DNA of 61,989 nucleotides from Stylophora pistillata (Eukaryota), in NCBI RefSeq assembly GCF_002571385.2, contig NW_019217962.1, positions 126,904-188,892 of the forward strand, read 5' to 3'. The position numbers and the translations under genes were made by a program. Each line of letters starts with the position of its first letter. Positions within the stretch are counted from its first letter, which is position 1. Below, piece after piece: positions 1 to 27,503 of the stretch. Under the pieces are notes generated by a model that saw only the letters and a list, made by a program, of their open reading frames with translations, did not search any database and was not told where the DNA came from.

Positions 1-18
1 GACAAATACTGTACTTGC

Positions 19-200
19 CTTTTCGCCAATTGTGCCTTTGTTTTTAACCCCTTTGCTGGATCGCCACGACATTTTAACCAAAAACGAAGTTCATCTGATT
101 TTAGAGCAGTCGGATTTCTTCCTTGAAGCGATGCTCCTGAGATATCTTCCTCCGTAAGAATCTGAGAAAGACGGCTACTTACAGAGTCATGAGCGGCCAT
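19..200 (-). CDS. Probable first exon of a gene or transposon ORF running off the window start (SAP-like N-terminus)
   Basis: ATG at 200 reads MAAHDSVSSRLSQILTEEDISGASLQGRNPTALKSDELRFWLKCRGDPAKGLKTKAQLAKR, then a candidate GC donor (AG|gcaagt). ELRFWLKCRG...KTKAQL resembles a SAP-like motif. The remainder lies outside the window. Confidence 0.45.
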
Positions 201-785
201 ATTTTTAACACGAGCTAACAAGGCCCAACTAACCTCGTTTTCACGTTTATCGCTCCCAGTCTCTTCTCGTTATGCATAGGGTGTATTGTCACGGCTATTT
301 TTATCGGTTTTCATTATTTCAAATTTTCAATTAATAAGCTAACCACAATAAACTGATCACAGTAGGTGGCACTAAAAGATAGATAACTTCATACGCATGC
401 TTTTTCTGCCGTGTTATCTGTCGATAACAAAATTTCAGCTTAAGAAACATGTTTTTGCCACTTTCGTGGTTCATCGTTCGTTTTTACGTATTCGAGTTCG
501 TACCCACGACTACTGCAAATCTCGTCACCTGTCATCGTCAACTCCAAACTATTTGCAATTGTAATGATTTCTTAAAGATTATAATCTCTTGTTATGTTTC
601 GGTTCATTGCTCAGATTCTTGCGAATATACAGTTCTATTTTTGTTCGCTGACTTCCCACTTTTGCTTTCATTTTCGATAAGAAGATATATAATTAACGCT
701 CTTCGACGAAGCAAGAACCAATTCAGAATCTTCAATCAAAGATGAAGTGCTGGCCCGTACACAAAGCTATTAGAAATTCTCAGAC

Positions 786-3700
786 ATGAGTGATCCTGAT
801 GAAAGTTGCGTTTGGAGGACATTAATCCTATCTATATTAATACGTAAGTATCATCTTATAATTCATTGCAAGGACATTTATACGACAGTTTATCAACAAT
901 TTAATTACCCCTTCATGTGATCATCTCCTCATCCTGCACGAGAATTGGTTACTATATTCAACTTATTACTTTTATACTGAAGTAGTACTCCGCCTACATT
1001 GTTTTATCGTTCTCGTTTTGCCTTGTAAACTTTGGTTTAGTTCGGAAAGTTTCGAGAAGCCATCTGCATTTTCGACTTAAACGGGAAGTAATTTGTTGTC
1101 TCACCTCCAATGACCACGTTTTCCATGGTGTTGGAAATCCCAGTATAGCAACACTAGTCACTCGCGTAGTTTTCTTTTCCTATCTTTATTCTAGTCGTCA
1201 CACGCTTCGTATCGCGTCGATCTTAGCCTATTTCTTTACAAACCCACAATATCCTAAAGACCACCCTTGGTTTTGCGTTGCGAGGTTACAAGGCTGACGT
1301 CACTTTTCCGACAATGGGTTTTTTTTAGCGTCAGAGCCGCAAAACCAAGATCGCCACTGAGCAAAGGTCATGTTTACTAATACAGATTTCGATATATTCT
1401 CGAAGTTGAAAAGAGAAAGATCAACATTATAGCATTTTTTGATTACGTGTTGATATCTCTACCTTCCTTTCCTCAAGAAAAGGGATATTGTGAGTTTGGA
1501 AGAAATACCTTTCATTTTCCAAAATTGCGAACAATGAAATATCCACAAAATTTTGAAAATCCCCCCAAAAAATTTGCGTGAACTGCCGCAACGATGCGAA
1601 ACACATTTGTGAATAAGAAAAATAGACAGATAGATTTATAGAATGAAAGGAAATAAACACTCACAAATTAAGTGATCATAGCCTGTTTTTTTGTTGTTGT
1701 TGTTGTTTTTTTTTTTTACAGTGTTCAACATCCTAACGAAGGCATACCCCGGAGGTAAAAATTATATATTTGAATTGTAGAATTTTTACAATAACGAATC
1801 AGTTAAACACCTCACCTCTGTCTTTTAAAATACTTAACTGAGGTAAAAGATATACCATCTTATATGCTGAGAAAAGAGTCGAAATCCATATTAAACATCA
1901 ATTGCTTAAACTATTACCTTTTTTGTGTTCTACAACGTTATTTAATTTTGGAAAAATAAACAATTTTTTTGTGTTGAGAAAAATATCGAAATCCATGTAC
2001 AGTAACGAACCTGGGCTGAAATGGAAAGTGCTCTAATGACAAGGTTAGGCGTATAATGTAAATTTAAAGCACCATTGTAACCATTTGTCATTAAATTCTG
2101 AGTTCCAGGCGAGAATTGGAAACCCATAGCACTCTCATTTCGCATTCAGACACTCGAAATGTTAATTGAGCCTCATAGAACTCTTTGGTGATTATTTTAG
2201 TCACTATTAGATACCACTACTTTTCTTTTGCTAATGGTGTGGCTTGCTTTGCCTGTAGAAACCATGACAGTCGACGCGTGCTTCAATAAGCCAGAAACTG
2301 TGTTCTGTGGGACTTTGCCAAAGCCAAATGGAGTACATGCGGTCGAATGGAAGGTGTATAATACCGAAGAAAAACAATGGATTTACTTCTCATACTGTGA
2401 AAAACTGCAAGGGTGTTTCATCAAGAAAAACTCATTGTCAAATGGCATCACTGTGGAAAACATCTCAATGACAGCATTGACGGTGAAAGCATCGGTAAAG
2501 CACAACATCTACAGACAGAGCCGACTACTGTGTCAAGTCCACCATGAAGATTCTGTGGCTTATGACGAAGTGGAGATCAACTTTACTGAGTGTAAGTTTA
2601 GCTGTGCTGCTCTTCGCGAGAAATTTTATATGTTACAAACTGTCAATGCTACAAACTTCCTTTCTTGAAATCAATCATATCCTAGTCAAGGTCTACCCTG
2701 TTTCCAAATCGATCCCATGTTGCTCTATGTCTGTCCAGTACTATATAATAAGCTGGATTAGGCATGCATTTTGATTGGTTCTTACTTAAGTTCTATAGAA
2801 GGACAAAAGCATAGGTGACGTCACAATTAACAACATTTGTGCTTTGTTATCATATAATATAAATATATTCCATCTTGCCTTGGGTCTGTTCAGTAAATAG
2901 CTCACAGATGTCAACATCAGGCAAGAATAACAATGAGATTTTTTTGTCTTGCGACATTCTGACAACATTTTTTGCTTTAGAGAAAGATTTTTTTCGTCTC
3001 GTCACGAGGTGAGTGATGAAGAAAAAATTCTGATATCTTGGATTCCACACTCCAAAGCTCTATCACTGACCGTGGGGACTCAGAATAATTTCTTTGTCCC
3101 AAGTTCGTGACAAGACGAAAAACATCTTTCTCTATTTCTTTACCGAGCTCAAAACTTACCATCTTAATTTTTCTACGATATAAATAGATTACATCTTGCT
3201 TTGGGTCCGTTAAGTAATAGATCATAGAACACGTTCTGATGTTCCTGCCACAGGTTGACATCTGTGATCTATTTACAGATCAGATGAATGGCAACATGTA
3301 TTCCCCGCTTTTTGGTTTATACACTAAAGAGGCAAATTCTTGCCAAAGGTGGTGCCAACTGAGTTTCTTTGGTCTACTACATCCTCAGTGTTAGCCATCA
3401 AAATCAACGTCGTTCCCAAGGCCTTTTCCTGCTCCCACCCCCAACTAAGGGAGAAGGCTCTGGGAACGAGGTTGCATCAAAGTGTGTGTTAAGTCCAGCT
3501 TATCATACAGCCAAGTCTTGATTGTTGATTTATTTAACAAATAACAATCTTTAAGAAGGATGACGATGGCAACAAGTGCCTGTTGTATATGTTAACTGGG
3601 TAACTGTCAAATAAAATTAACACCCTCATATTTGGATTCAAAAGCTAAACACTTACAGGACTGATGAAAAAAGAAAAAAGCATGTGACCCTTTAATTCCC

Positions 3701-5250
3701 AAGATCTGATTATTTTAAATTCCCCCACTAGCTGCCTTACATTTCCTTGTAAATTAGTTTCGAGAATTTAGTGTTAGATCAAGATAAACAAAGTCTACCT
3801 GATTAGTTTGAGTATTCTAATTACCTATCTCCTGGATGATAGATGGATATTATAGGGTGAAGTTACTTGTTAATCACTTGTAAGAATTAAAGGGTTTAGG
3901 AGAATGGACTTGTTATACTTATAAATTGAGGTGAATGGCAGCCAAAGTAGCGGAACAGTTAGAAGCCTTCTGATCAGGCACCCATACAGACATTTTCATA
4001 AATCCATTAAAAATATATTTTCGTTCACTTTTAAGGTATCACGGCTGAGAAAGGGACTGATGTGAACCTTACGAAAGTCTTTCAAGAAATGTTGCCATGG
4101 GAAAAAGTCCAATACCTTTTCATTGAAAATTCTGACGGCAGCAAGCTTGCTTATTGCGACACTGGTAGTTGTATCAAGGAAAATGGTAACAGTTTCTGGA
4201 ACCGATTGGAAGTAAAGAAAGGGTCGTTAATTTTCTCTGAAGTCATGGAGAGTGACGATGGATTGGAGTTTAAAATCAAGGTTGACTTGAGGAAGGGGTT
4301 TGTCAGAGGAAGCATCGGAACGACGCGAGTGTACTCGATTAAGATCTTCGTGATCAGTAGTTCAGGTAAAGGTATTTCCGACATTTGGTATAGATAAACA
4401 TCAATCTTCAGTGCAATCTGTCTTCCGTTGAAATTCGTCTAGTTTATTTTAAATTCCATTGTCAATGCCAGCATCGAGCATTTTTCAATCGACTGATGCT
4501 TCGCTAAGCTCTGTGATTGGTCACGTGGTCTTGTGACACCTTTTCAACCAATCAAGTGCAAAACTGGAACCAAGTACGATCGACCCGTTTTCCTACGTTG
4601 CAGGTTGCATATGTATATGTAGTTGTGACTGCTTTGAGTTCTGGTGCACTCCCTTTATTACTATGTTCCCATGTTCTGATTAGAAGTTGTGATACATTTG
4701 CGAACTTTTTTTATACGAAACTTGATAGAATGTCCTTCTTTTCATATCACTAAAGTTATAACTCAATGCGATCCATGCTTAAGTTTTATTGTCATAGTAA
4801 GAATTTGAGCTAAACTCCTTTCCACCTCAAAACTCTACTCCCTGTTGAGCAGCCGGCTGGCCCAAGGGTTTGCTTTTATTCTGGGAAATACCTCATCGTA
4901 TGTATAGTACAAGATTGGCATATAGCCCCTTCTACCTGAGCAACAAAACCAGCCAACTCAAGTACGCTGCACCGTCGAAATCAAAGGCTACCAGATAAAG
5001 AATAGAAAAGAAAAAACTTCTTCAATGATATTATATGAACCGCTCATTAAGTTTATTCTATTGTTTTACAGTTTCAGGGTCTACAAGTGAACCACCAGCA
5101 ACAATGCTCTCAACTTCACGGAGAAACAAGACCAGCCACCCCCCTGTTACATACACTGTGCCCCCAACAAGGAGCGGTGCCTCAGCGACACAAAGAACTC
5201 TGTCGATATCGATCCTAATTCCTACCATGGTTGTATGCTACCTTTGGTAG
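786..5250 (+). CDS. Cell-surface protein: signal peptide, two Ig-like domains, S/T/P-rich stalk, hydrophobic C-terminus (probable GPI anchor); 5 exons, ~310 aa
   Basis: Exons 786-843, 1722-1754, 2259-2591, 4036-4365 (alternative donor after 4371) and 5072-5250. All introns are GT-AG and phase 1, and the joined frame is open. Leader is MSDPDESCVWRTLILSILILFNILTKAYPG. The two ~110-aa exons show Ig-like C...W...C and beta-strand patterns. The protein ends SGASATQRTLSISILIPTMVVCYLW*. Confidence 0.72.
3405..3474. mobile_element. Short palindromic MITE (Academ-type termini)
   Basis: Termini CAACGTCGTTCCCA...TGGGAACGAGGTTG, flanked by a near-perfect 9-bp TSD: catcaaaat (3396-3404) and catcaaagt (3475-3483). 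Confidence 0.7.
3685..3898. mobile_element. ~210-bp TTAA-CCCT...AGGG-TTAA type MITE (abundant family; related copies at ~10926-11150, ~20204-20398, ~22687-22894, ~61584-61742)
   Basis: Degenerate CCCTTTAAnTCCCA...AAAGGGTT termini and a shared internal sequence (gatctgatt...ctagctgc...gagtattct...ttacct...ctggat...agttac.tgttaatcactt) that recurs in the window. Confidence 0.65.
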
Positions 5251-5361
5251 GGTCATTTGGTGCGTCATGCGTCGAAGGAGATCAGTGAACGTACCACCTG
5301 CTCCGCAGAGTCAGATTGATGAGGGTCGTTCTAGGTATCAACACCGTAGTTTCGTCCCGTA

Positions 5362-5616
5362 CAGGGGTGTAGCCAAGATTTTTCAAAGGGGGGGTCACAG
5401 AGGCTACTCACCAGATTGTTATCTCTACCTCCACGCCGTGCATGTTTAACTGAATGTTACAGCTTTGGGATGAGCAATGAGAGTATAATGGGCAGGCCAA
5501 GATATTGTCATGGCGTTTTCACCACCTGAATATTGTAGGTTGTTTGCTCAAAAGAAGGCCTACCAAGGGGGGAGGGGGGTCACGGGCACCCCAGGACCCC
5601 CCTGGCTACGCCCTTG
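5362..5616. mobile_element. hAT-like MITE with 5-bp TSD
   Basis: TIRs CAGGGGTGTAGCCA / TGGCTACGCCCTTG; direct repeat ccgta at 5357-5361 and 5617-5621. Confidence 0.7.
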
Positions 5617-5649
5617 CCGTAATTTCTGTAAGCTTTTGTTGACATGGCA

Positions 5650-6320
5650 CTGGCATAGTGGCAAAAAGTGCAAACGTGTAAACAGTGTTAAAGTGTCAGG
5701 CGTAACAATAGCCAACACCCTACAATGGAATTGTCATATTTCTAACCTACCAAAAAAGGCTGATAAGCGGATATTCTTTCTCATGTTGCTTAGGCGCGCC
5801 AAAATTCCGGCTCGTGATATCATCGGCTTCTATCTTACCTGCATTAGACATGTACTCGAATATTCGGCTCCTCTTTACCATCATGCACTCCCGGATTATT
5901 TAAGCAACGACACAGAGCGTGTTCAAAAACGCGCCCTTTCTGTAATTTCACCTGGCCTATCATCATATCTCGACAACCTTTCATTGTTTAACCTGAACTC
6001 ACTGAACCAATAGGGTCCAATACCGAGCACAAGCTTGATCATTTTTTGCCATCGAAGAACCATACTGTTTATAATCTTAGAAATCAACGTCAGTTTGTTA
6101 ACCCAATAATGCGCACCAAGCGTTTCACCCAGACACATTTACCAGCCATGTGTAGACAATAGGCCTATGTATTATTCTAGTATTTTTGTTGTAAATATTA
6201 AAATAATATACTCTGTAAAGATAATTTATAATTTCAGCCAGTATTGTATTGTAAATAATCATGCAATTCAGCCTTATTAGGCTGCCATGTGATTTTTAAT
6301 AAAGCTACTATCTATCTATT
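5650..6320 (+). mobile_element. 5'-truncated L2/CR1-group LINE (ORF2 C-terminus and 3' tail)
   Basis: Translation ...LQWNCHISNLPKKADKRIFFL...CIRHVLEYSAPLYH...ERVQKRAL is a typical post-RT motif of L2/CR1-group ORF2. The 3' end has a stem-loop (cagcct...aggctg), aataaa and (atct)n. Confidence 0.75.
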
Positions 6321-7696
6321 AAAGTGTTCATAGAGCGTTTACTCTGGGCTCTTGGTTGCTGTTGGTGACCATAGTAATGAATTTACGGTACATAGATCTT
6401 TTTAACGTTACCATCTATTCCCCCATCAATTTGAAGCCAGTTGCCCATCATTAAATGCTATTTCTGACGAATAACCTGGCGATGGAGAAGGCTGAAATAA
6501 ATATTATGTCGGCATGAGACAATGCACGGCCTGGGTACCAGGCCGATTTATCATGGGCAGGAAACCAGAGGTATATAGAAAAGAGTATCGCATGTGATAG
6601 TCTTTTAGGCCTTTAAATCAACCCAATGCGGAGCTCCATTCACTTCAGTTTTATTTTTTAGTTAGGTCTTGCCTTATTATCGGCTAGGCTAGTTTTTGTC
6701 TTTGTAAAGCCTTCGTAGGATGGGCTAATAGTTTCCGGAGCTGGAGCCTTGGTTCCTGCCCAGATTTCCCGCAGATGTTGTGGCCTCCGTTCTAATCGCT
6801 CTTCCATTGTAAGCGGTTGCTCAGCTCCGTCTGCTAGATGATTCCAAGGTGTTTTGTTTTCACGTGTCTTTGACTTAAGATGTTGAATATAAGTTGCTTT
6901 CTGTGTTTCGACCTCAGTGACTCGTAGATCGGTATCATAGCTCTTTACTATAGACTGCTTACAAATTGTTAATAGTAATAATAATGATAATAATAGTAAT
7001 AATAACTCTATTAACGCATCAAGATGATAGCAGTTGCCCACTAAGTAAGGACACCTATCTACAATGTTAATAAAAATAAATAGTCCCCCTTATGAGCACT
7101 TGCTCATTTTTTTATCCTAACTAGTAGGTGTCGTTTGTATACCGTTACATGTGGGGGTCTAACTGGCTTGCTTCGATCGATTGCGTATGTGCATTTATTC
7201 TTAGATTTTATACTCTATAGTAATGGAATTCCCAGCTTAATTGGCAGTCGGACGGAAAGAAAAAAAAAAAAGTGGCCATGTTAGTGCGTTATTTCCCCTC
7301 AAGGGCCAACGGTCGATGTATGCTCTAATTCATTTACTTTACGTTGTTCACATAAGCACTCGCAGAATTTGTAATGTCGTGTGTAGTTTTGGGTTGGTTA
7401 TTGCCAGGCCTTCCCCAAATAAACTTATTTGTCAACGAACAACACGTAAACTTTGCTGTTTGCGTGTTGTTCGTGCATCTCCAGGTTAAACAGCTTCTCC
7501 AGAACATCACTGAGATGTTTTAGGTAATTGAGAAAACTGATTTTGAAGAAAAAAAACAGAAGATTTTAAAAATATTTTCATAGTTGTCATTCGCTTTGAG
7601 AAGATCTTGTTCCTTACAAAAATTCCTAGTGTGCGTACATAAAGTAGTTATTGTTAGTGCGTGTAAATCTGCTGTACAAGAAGATTTGATGCATTT

Positions 7697-7709
7697 GTTG
7701 CCTAGCAAC
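7697..7709. promoter_or_regulatory. RFX X-box motif upstream of the HEAT-repeat gene
   Basis: GTTGCCTAGCAAC, a near-palindromic match to the X-box consensus, 25 bp before ATG 7734. Confidence 0.6.
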
Positions 7710-7733
7710 AAGGAATGGCGCAGAATGGACAAA

Positions 7734-22201
<14,468 letters not shown>

Positions 22202-25200
22202 ATTCCGCTGACCTCATTGACTAAAGATAAAACGACGATTGAACCAAAGAATTTTAAAACTGCAAGGTTTTGTGATGAATTAGTTTCTAATCTTATCTAT
22301 ACTTGCAGTGTTCAACACTGTTGATCCCAAGATTCTATTTTTATTCGTCAACTGCTTGTCCCGGTGTTAATATGTCGTGACAGATTGATGTAAATAGAAT
22401 AGTGAATATTTTAATATAACGTTATGAAACGATGCTGAGTGTTACCTATTGGTTGGCCTTTTACACCCACACACCAGTATGCAAATTATCCATACTGTTC
22501 TCTATACATTTCGTGAGGTGCTGGTCAGTCTAAGGGGCCAAAGGGTTTACTGTCCTCTCTTTTTGCATCGCTGGGAGCCAATCCCACGAATGTTTTATTA
22601 TTGGAGATAATACCAAGGAGCCTTTTCAACGTAATCCTCTGTAAAATCATAATTCTGAAATGAGATTTAAATTTGATGTCCATGCCTTAACCCCTTTCAC
22701 TCCCAAGGTGTTATTAGTTATTCTCTCAATTGTTTGCCATACAACTCTAATAGTGTTAGTTTGGAGAATTTCGTATTCAACTGATAATCCCCTAATTTAC
22801 ATCTTCTCTCTCCTCATCGCTTGTCTGCTTGATATTGACCTGACTTTATAAGAAGAAATTCTGTCTTGGTCACTCTTGGGAGTTATGGCGTTAACGTTGA
22901 CCCGAACTCTCTGGAATTACTTTTACCCTTTCGTTTACTTTGACGGTTTATCATTGTATGGTGAAAGGGAGACCAGGAAATGATATCGAGGTGTCCTAAG
23001 TGGTTATGCGGTAGATACTAGTTCGGGCTAGGACAATTTTTCTCAATAATTACGCAAATTGTATTAAGAGACTGAAACAAAAAGTGGTCATTCCCACGGA
23101 CACACGTCCAGCTCACAAACACTGTCGGTAATCTGTTTGAGAAAGACAGTATAGAGGCCGTTGGGTGGCAAGGCCAGTTATAGTCCTCGGATAGGACAAT
23201 AAATAGGAAACAAGAAACATTCAGGCTAGCAATTGTGAGCAAGAGTAAAAAACTCCTGAATCGTTGAAAGTAGCAGCTGGTCTTCAAATGATGTGAAGCA
23301 ATTTTCGATTGAGTCTCAACAAAAGCCAGCCAAGGTTGTCACAGAGCCCATTACGATGTAAATTAAACAAAATTGGTAACCAACCAGGGTCTGAAGTGAA
23401 TTGAAATTACTTTTTACTTTTAGTAAATCTGGTGAAAATGAAAAAGTAGGTCCGAAGTGTCTGTATACCGGATTAAAGTACAGCCTTCGCCTTTAATCGA
23501 TTAAGGGCCGCGGCGCTTCTTTAATTTTTCGCGTTTCAACCGCGGCGCTCGTCCGAGGGCGGCGATTAATTGAAGATTGGACGCGACAAAAAAAATGCTC
23601 TCTTTTAATTTAGCGATATATTTTCCATTTGATTGTCATTATTTCCATCTTCCGGTACCTTTCAATTGCTTTATCGATAATGTGTCCAGTCAACTTCGAT
23701 CTCAGTGACTCCCTCATGAAGTTGATCAGCTCCTGCAGCTCGGAAAAGCATGCCTCTTCCGCGGGAATGACATCCCTGTTCGAACCCTCTCTGCGGAGGG
23801 TCAGGGCACAGATTATAGAAGGGGTCTTCCTTTAAGAGCCGCATGGGTACCTTCCCTTTACTATCGCTGGAAACAGGTCTAGAAACTCTCTAATAAGGCG
23901 GAGAGAGGTTGGCCTTGCTCTTTACGGTGGCCAATTTACATTATCGACTCAGTTGCTATAACCAAGTTGTTCAAACCAAGTTATCTTGTCAAATCATGGT
24001 CCAATATTTGTTCGAGACTTTGCACTGGAAACTAAAATAAAGGTATTTACTCACTCATGGCTAATTGAAAAAAAAATCTACCATCTCTTCTCTCATTCTG
24101 AAACATACCAAGTACATTCGGTCTTCATTTAAATTTCATATATAACATTAATATTAATTTATTCTTAATTTTTCTTCACCTCACGGGGGTTTGAAGTGAT
24201 ATTCAAACGACAAGATGACCGAATGTCGTTTTAAAGCAGTTGTATATTGATAAAAACTTCGCCAAATATACAATGGAGATATCGATGTAGTGCATCACTG
24301 ATATATTCGTAATAGATGTTGAGTGGTACGCTGGAGGACAAGATTTGGTGTTTCCTTTGGTTAAAGTGAACATCGCTTTCATTTCCTGGCCGAAAACGAG
24401 TGGATTTTCAACGTCCAAGAAGTGGACAGATAAACTCGTTATGGCCCTTCTCAACAGGTATTTAGTGACTAATTCTGTTCTAATTCTGTGACATGTTTGA
24501 ATTATGCTTTCAAGTAGTTGTAAAATGATATACTTCGTAGGACATTTGGTCCGTCTTACTTAGTATGAATTAAATATGGCTACCGCGTGTATGACTAATT
24601 TGAATAAGAAGGCGGTATTTGAACCCGATGTAGCTTTTGACTGAGGTTAGTCAAGAAAGAAAAGACTTTTTTGATCCAGCGAAGGTTTGTTTGTTACAGA
24701 TAACATAGCCAATGGTAATATATAAACTTTTCTGGTTAAAGTTTGAAAATCAAGCAAGGTTTTAGGGTAAATTTACCATTCTCCAGGACTAATATTTGTA
24801 AATTGGAGCTCGAGTACTCTGGATTTTGCTAATTTTTCTGAAAGAATGGTGAGTTTATACATATATGTTAGAATCTAGGACAGAAGTTGTTGTCTGCTTA
24901 AAAGATTTGCTCATGGAAGTTTACAATATAGATTCTATCAAACACACTGAGTAGATATTGTCATAACATCATTTGTTAAATCAATTATTTTCCTTCTGTT
25001 TCTAGGTATTTGCTAAGCATTACAGGAACAAGACAAAGGTTACAGCACTGTGTTTGCAGGGGGGTGAGTAATACTGTTCAAGCTCTTAAGGTTTTTCAGT
25101 GACATACTATCGACTCTTAATCGCGCAGAAATTATTTAAATGCAGCTTCTCTACTCAATTTTTATACAATCATCTTTTAAGAAAGAAAGTGATTTTAGTA

Positions 25201-25692
25201 GACAAGTCTAACAGCTGCAAGTTGTTTTCTTGATACAACACCAATTTCTCGCAATGAATGTGCAAGAAAACATATAACAGCTTAAATTGAGAATTGCCCA
25301 TCAACTGGGACAAAATCCGACAAGATGGGCTCTGTATCGTTAGATGTTTTTAATCTCACGTAGTAGTCTCAACGGCTGAAGGTGTAGGCTAAAACACCCT
25401 TATCCTGACCAAATCAGTGATCATAACCTTTTGAAGAGGGTATTAATAGGGGACGGTGAAAGGGGTAGCTTTGACGGTCGACGGTCTATTTTTTTGGATT
25501 TTGACGGTTGACGGTTAATTTTTTAAGGCATTTGACAGATGATGGTTAAATTTCAGGGCCTTCAACGGTTGACGTTTTTCAGTAAGATACATTTCTATGA
25601 GCTGAAATTGATATCAAATTTTTCTGTCTTTTAAAATGAATAATGGAGTTTACGTTACTATTTATTTATTTATATACTATAATTCACAAAGG

Positions 25693-27503
25693 TTTCTCTT
25701 TCATTTGATTATTACATTAGTATCTCGCGCGCCTTTAGGATTCTCTTTCATTCAATTGTTACTTTAAGCTCCGTTCAAAAGTTCATGATAGTTGATGCTA
25801 GTTTCAACTGACTATCATGCGCGTTTGAACATGAACTACCATGCGCTATAATTGACTATGGTCAACTGTCATGTACTTTGGACGTGCTCAAATTCGATAA
25901 AATGGTCGATGATAGTTTCTTCCGTTTGAATGAGGTCAGCTGTTATGCCAATAACGGGCTCAAATCGAAATGGCAAATGGTTTAATGACTACAATAGCTG
26001 TCAAAATCTCGCAGAATGGCTCCTTCTCATAATCTCCTGGTATCTCGCGCACTCTTAAGATTCTATTTCGTTGAATTGTCAACGTATTTATCTCGCACAC
26101 TTTTAGGATTGTCTTCCATTTGATTATTACATTAGTATCTCGCGCACGTGTAGGATTCTCTTACATTCGATGGTTAAATTAGTATCTTGCGTACCGAATG
26201 TGACGTAAGCATCTCGCGCACTTTAAAGATTCAATTTCATTGGATTGTTACACTTGTATCTCGCGCCTTAAGAATTCTCTTTCATGCAATTGTTACATAA
26301 GTATCTCGTCCGCTTTTGGGATTCTCTTTTTAATGGATTGTTACATTAGAACCTCACGCAGACGACGTTGGTATCTTGCGCGCTTTAAAGATTTTCTTTC
26401 ATTCTATTGGAACATTAGTGTCTCGCACACGTTTAGGATTCTCTTTCAATGGATTGTTACTTCAGTATCTCGCGCACATTTAGGACTCTCTTTAATTTGA
26501 TTACTACGGTAGTATCTCGCACGCTTTTAAGATTCTCTTTCATCCGACTGTGACGTTAGAATCTCGCGCATTTAAAAGATTCCCTCTCATTGGATCGTTT
26601 TGTTTGCATCCCGCGCACTTTTAGATTCTCTTTCATTTCATTATTATACTAGTATTGGTACTCAGGATTCACTTTCCTTCGATTGGAACGTTAGTATCTC
26701 GCGCACTTTTTGGCTTTTCTTTCATTCGATTATTATGTTCATGTCTCGCGCACGTTTAGGATTCCTTTTCATTCGATTATTACGGTAGTATCTCTCGCGC
26801 TTGTAGGATTATCTTACATTTGATTGTTGCATTAGTATCTCGCGCACGTTTAGGATCCTTTTTCATTCGGTTATTACGGTAACCGTCATCTCGCGTGCTT
26901 TTAGGATTCTCTTACATTGGATTGTTACATTAGTATATCAAGCACGTCTAGGATTCTTCTTCATTCGATTATTAGGGTAGCATCTCGCGCGCGTCTAGAA
27001 TTCTCTTACATGGGATTGTTACATTGGTAGGTCGCGCACTTTTGGATTCTCTTACATTGGATTGTTACTTTAGTATCTCGCGCACTTTTGCATTCTCTTA
27101 CATTGGATTGTTACATTTGTATCTAGCGCACTTTTAGGATTCTTTTTAATTCTTTTAGTACGGTAGCATCTCGCGCGCTTTTAGGATTCTCTTACATTCG
27201 ATTGTTACATTAGTATCTCGCCCAAGTTTAGGATTCTTTTTCAATCGACTATTACGGTAGTATCTTGCGCATGTTTCGGATTCTTTTTCATTCGGTGATT
27301 ACGGTAGTATCTCGCGCACTTTTGGATTCTTTGACATTCGATTGCTACGTCAGTAATTCGCACGCGTTTAGAATTCTTTTTCATTCGATTATTACATTAG
27401 TATTAGTATTTAGGATTCTCTTTCGTTCGATTGGAACGTTGGCAGCTCGCACACTTTTAGGATTCTCTTTCTTTCGATTGTTACGCTAGTATCTCGTGCA
27501 CTT
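25693..27503. repeat. Diverged minisatellite, ~47-bp unit, interrupted by a non-repeat insert at ~25765-26035
   Basis: Consensus near tagtatctcgcgcacttttaggattctctttcattcgattgttacat; period 47 measured between tagtatc at 26133 and 26180; roughly 30 or more diverged copies. Confidence 0.9.

Noticed and set aside
6658-7041. 127-aa minus-strand ORF with a hydrophobic leader
   Set aside because: The Leu run comes from an (aat)n simple repeat, the start is not ATG, and there is no supporting exon structure.
25693-27503. CRISPR-like array, or coding ORFs in the repeat
   Set aside because: The units are contiguous diverged tandem repeats with no unique spacers or cas genes. The short ORFs there are repeat artefacts.
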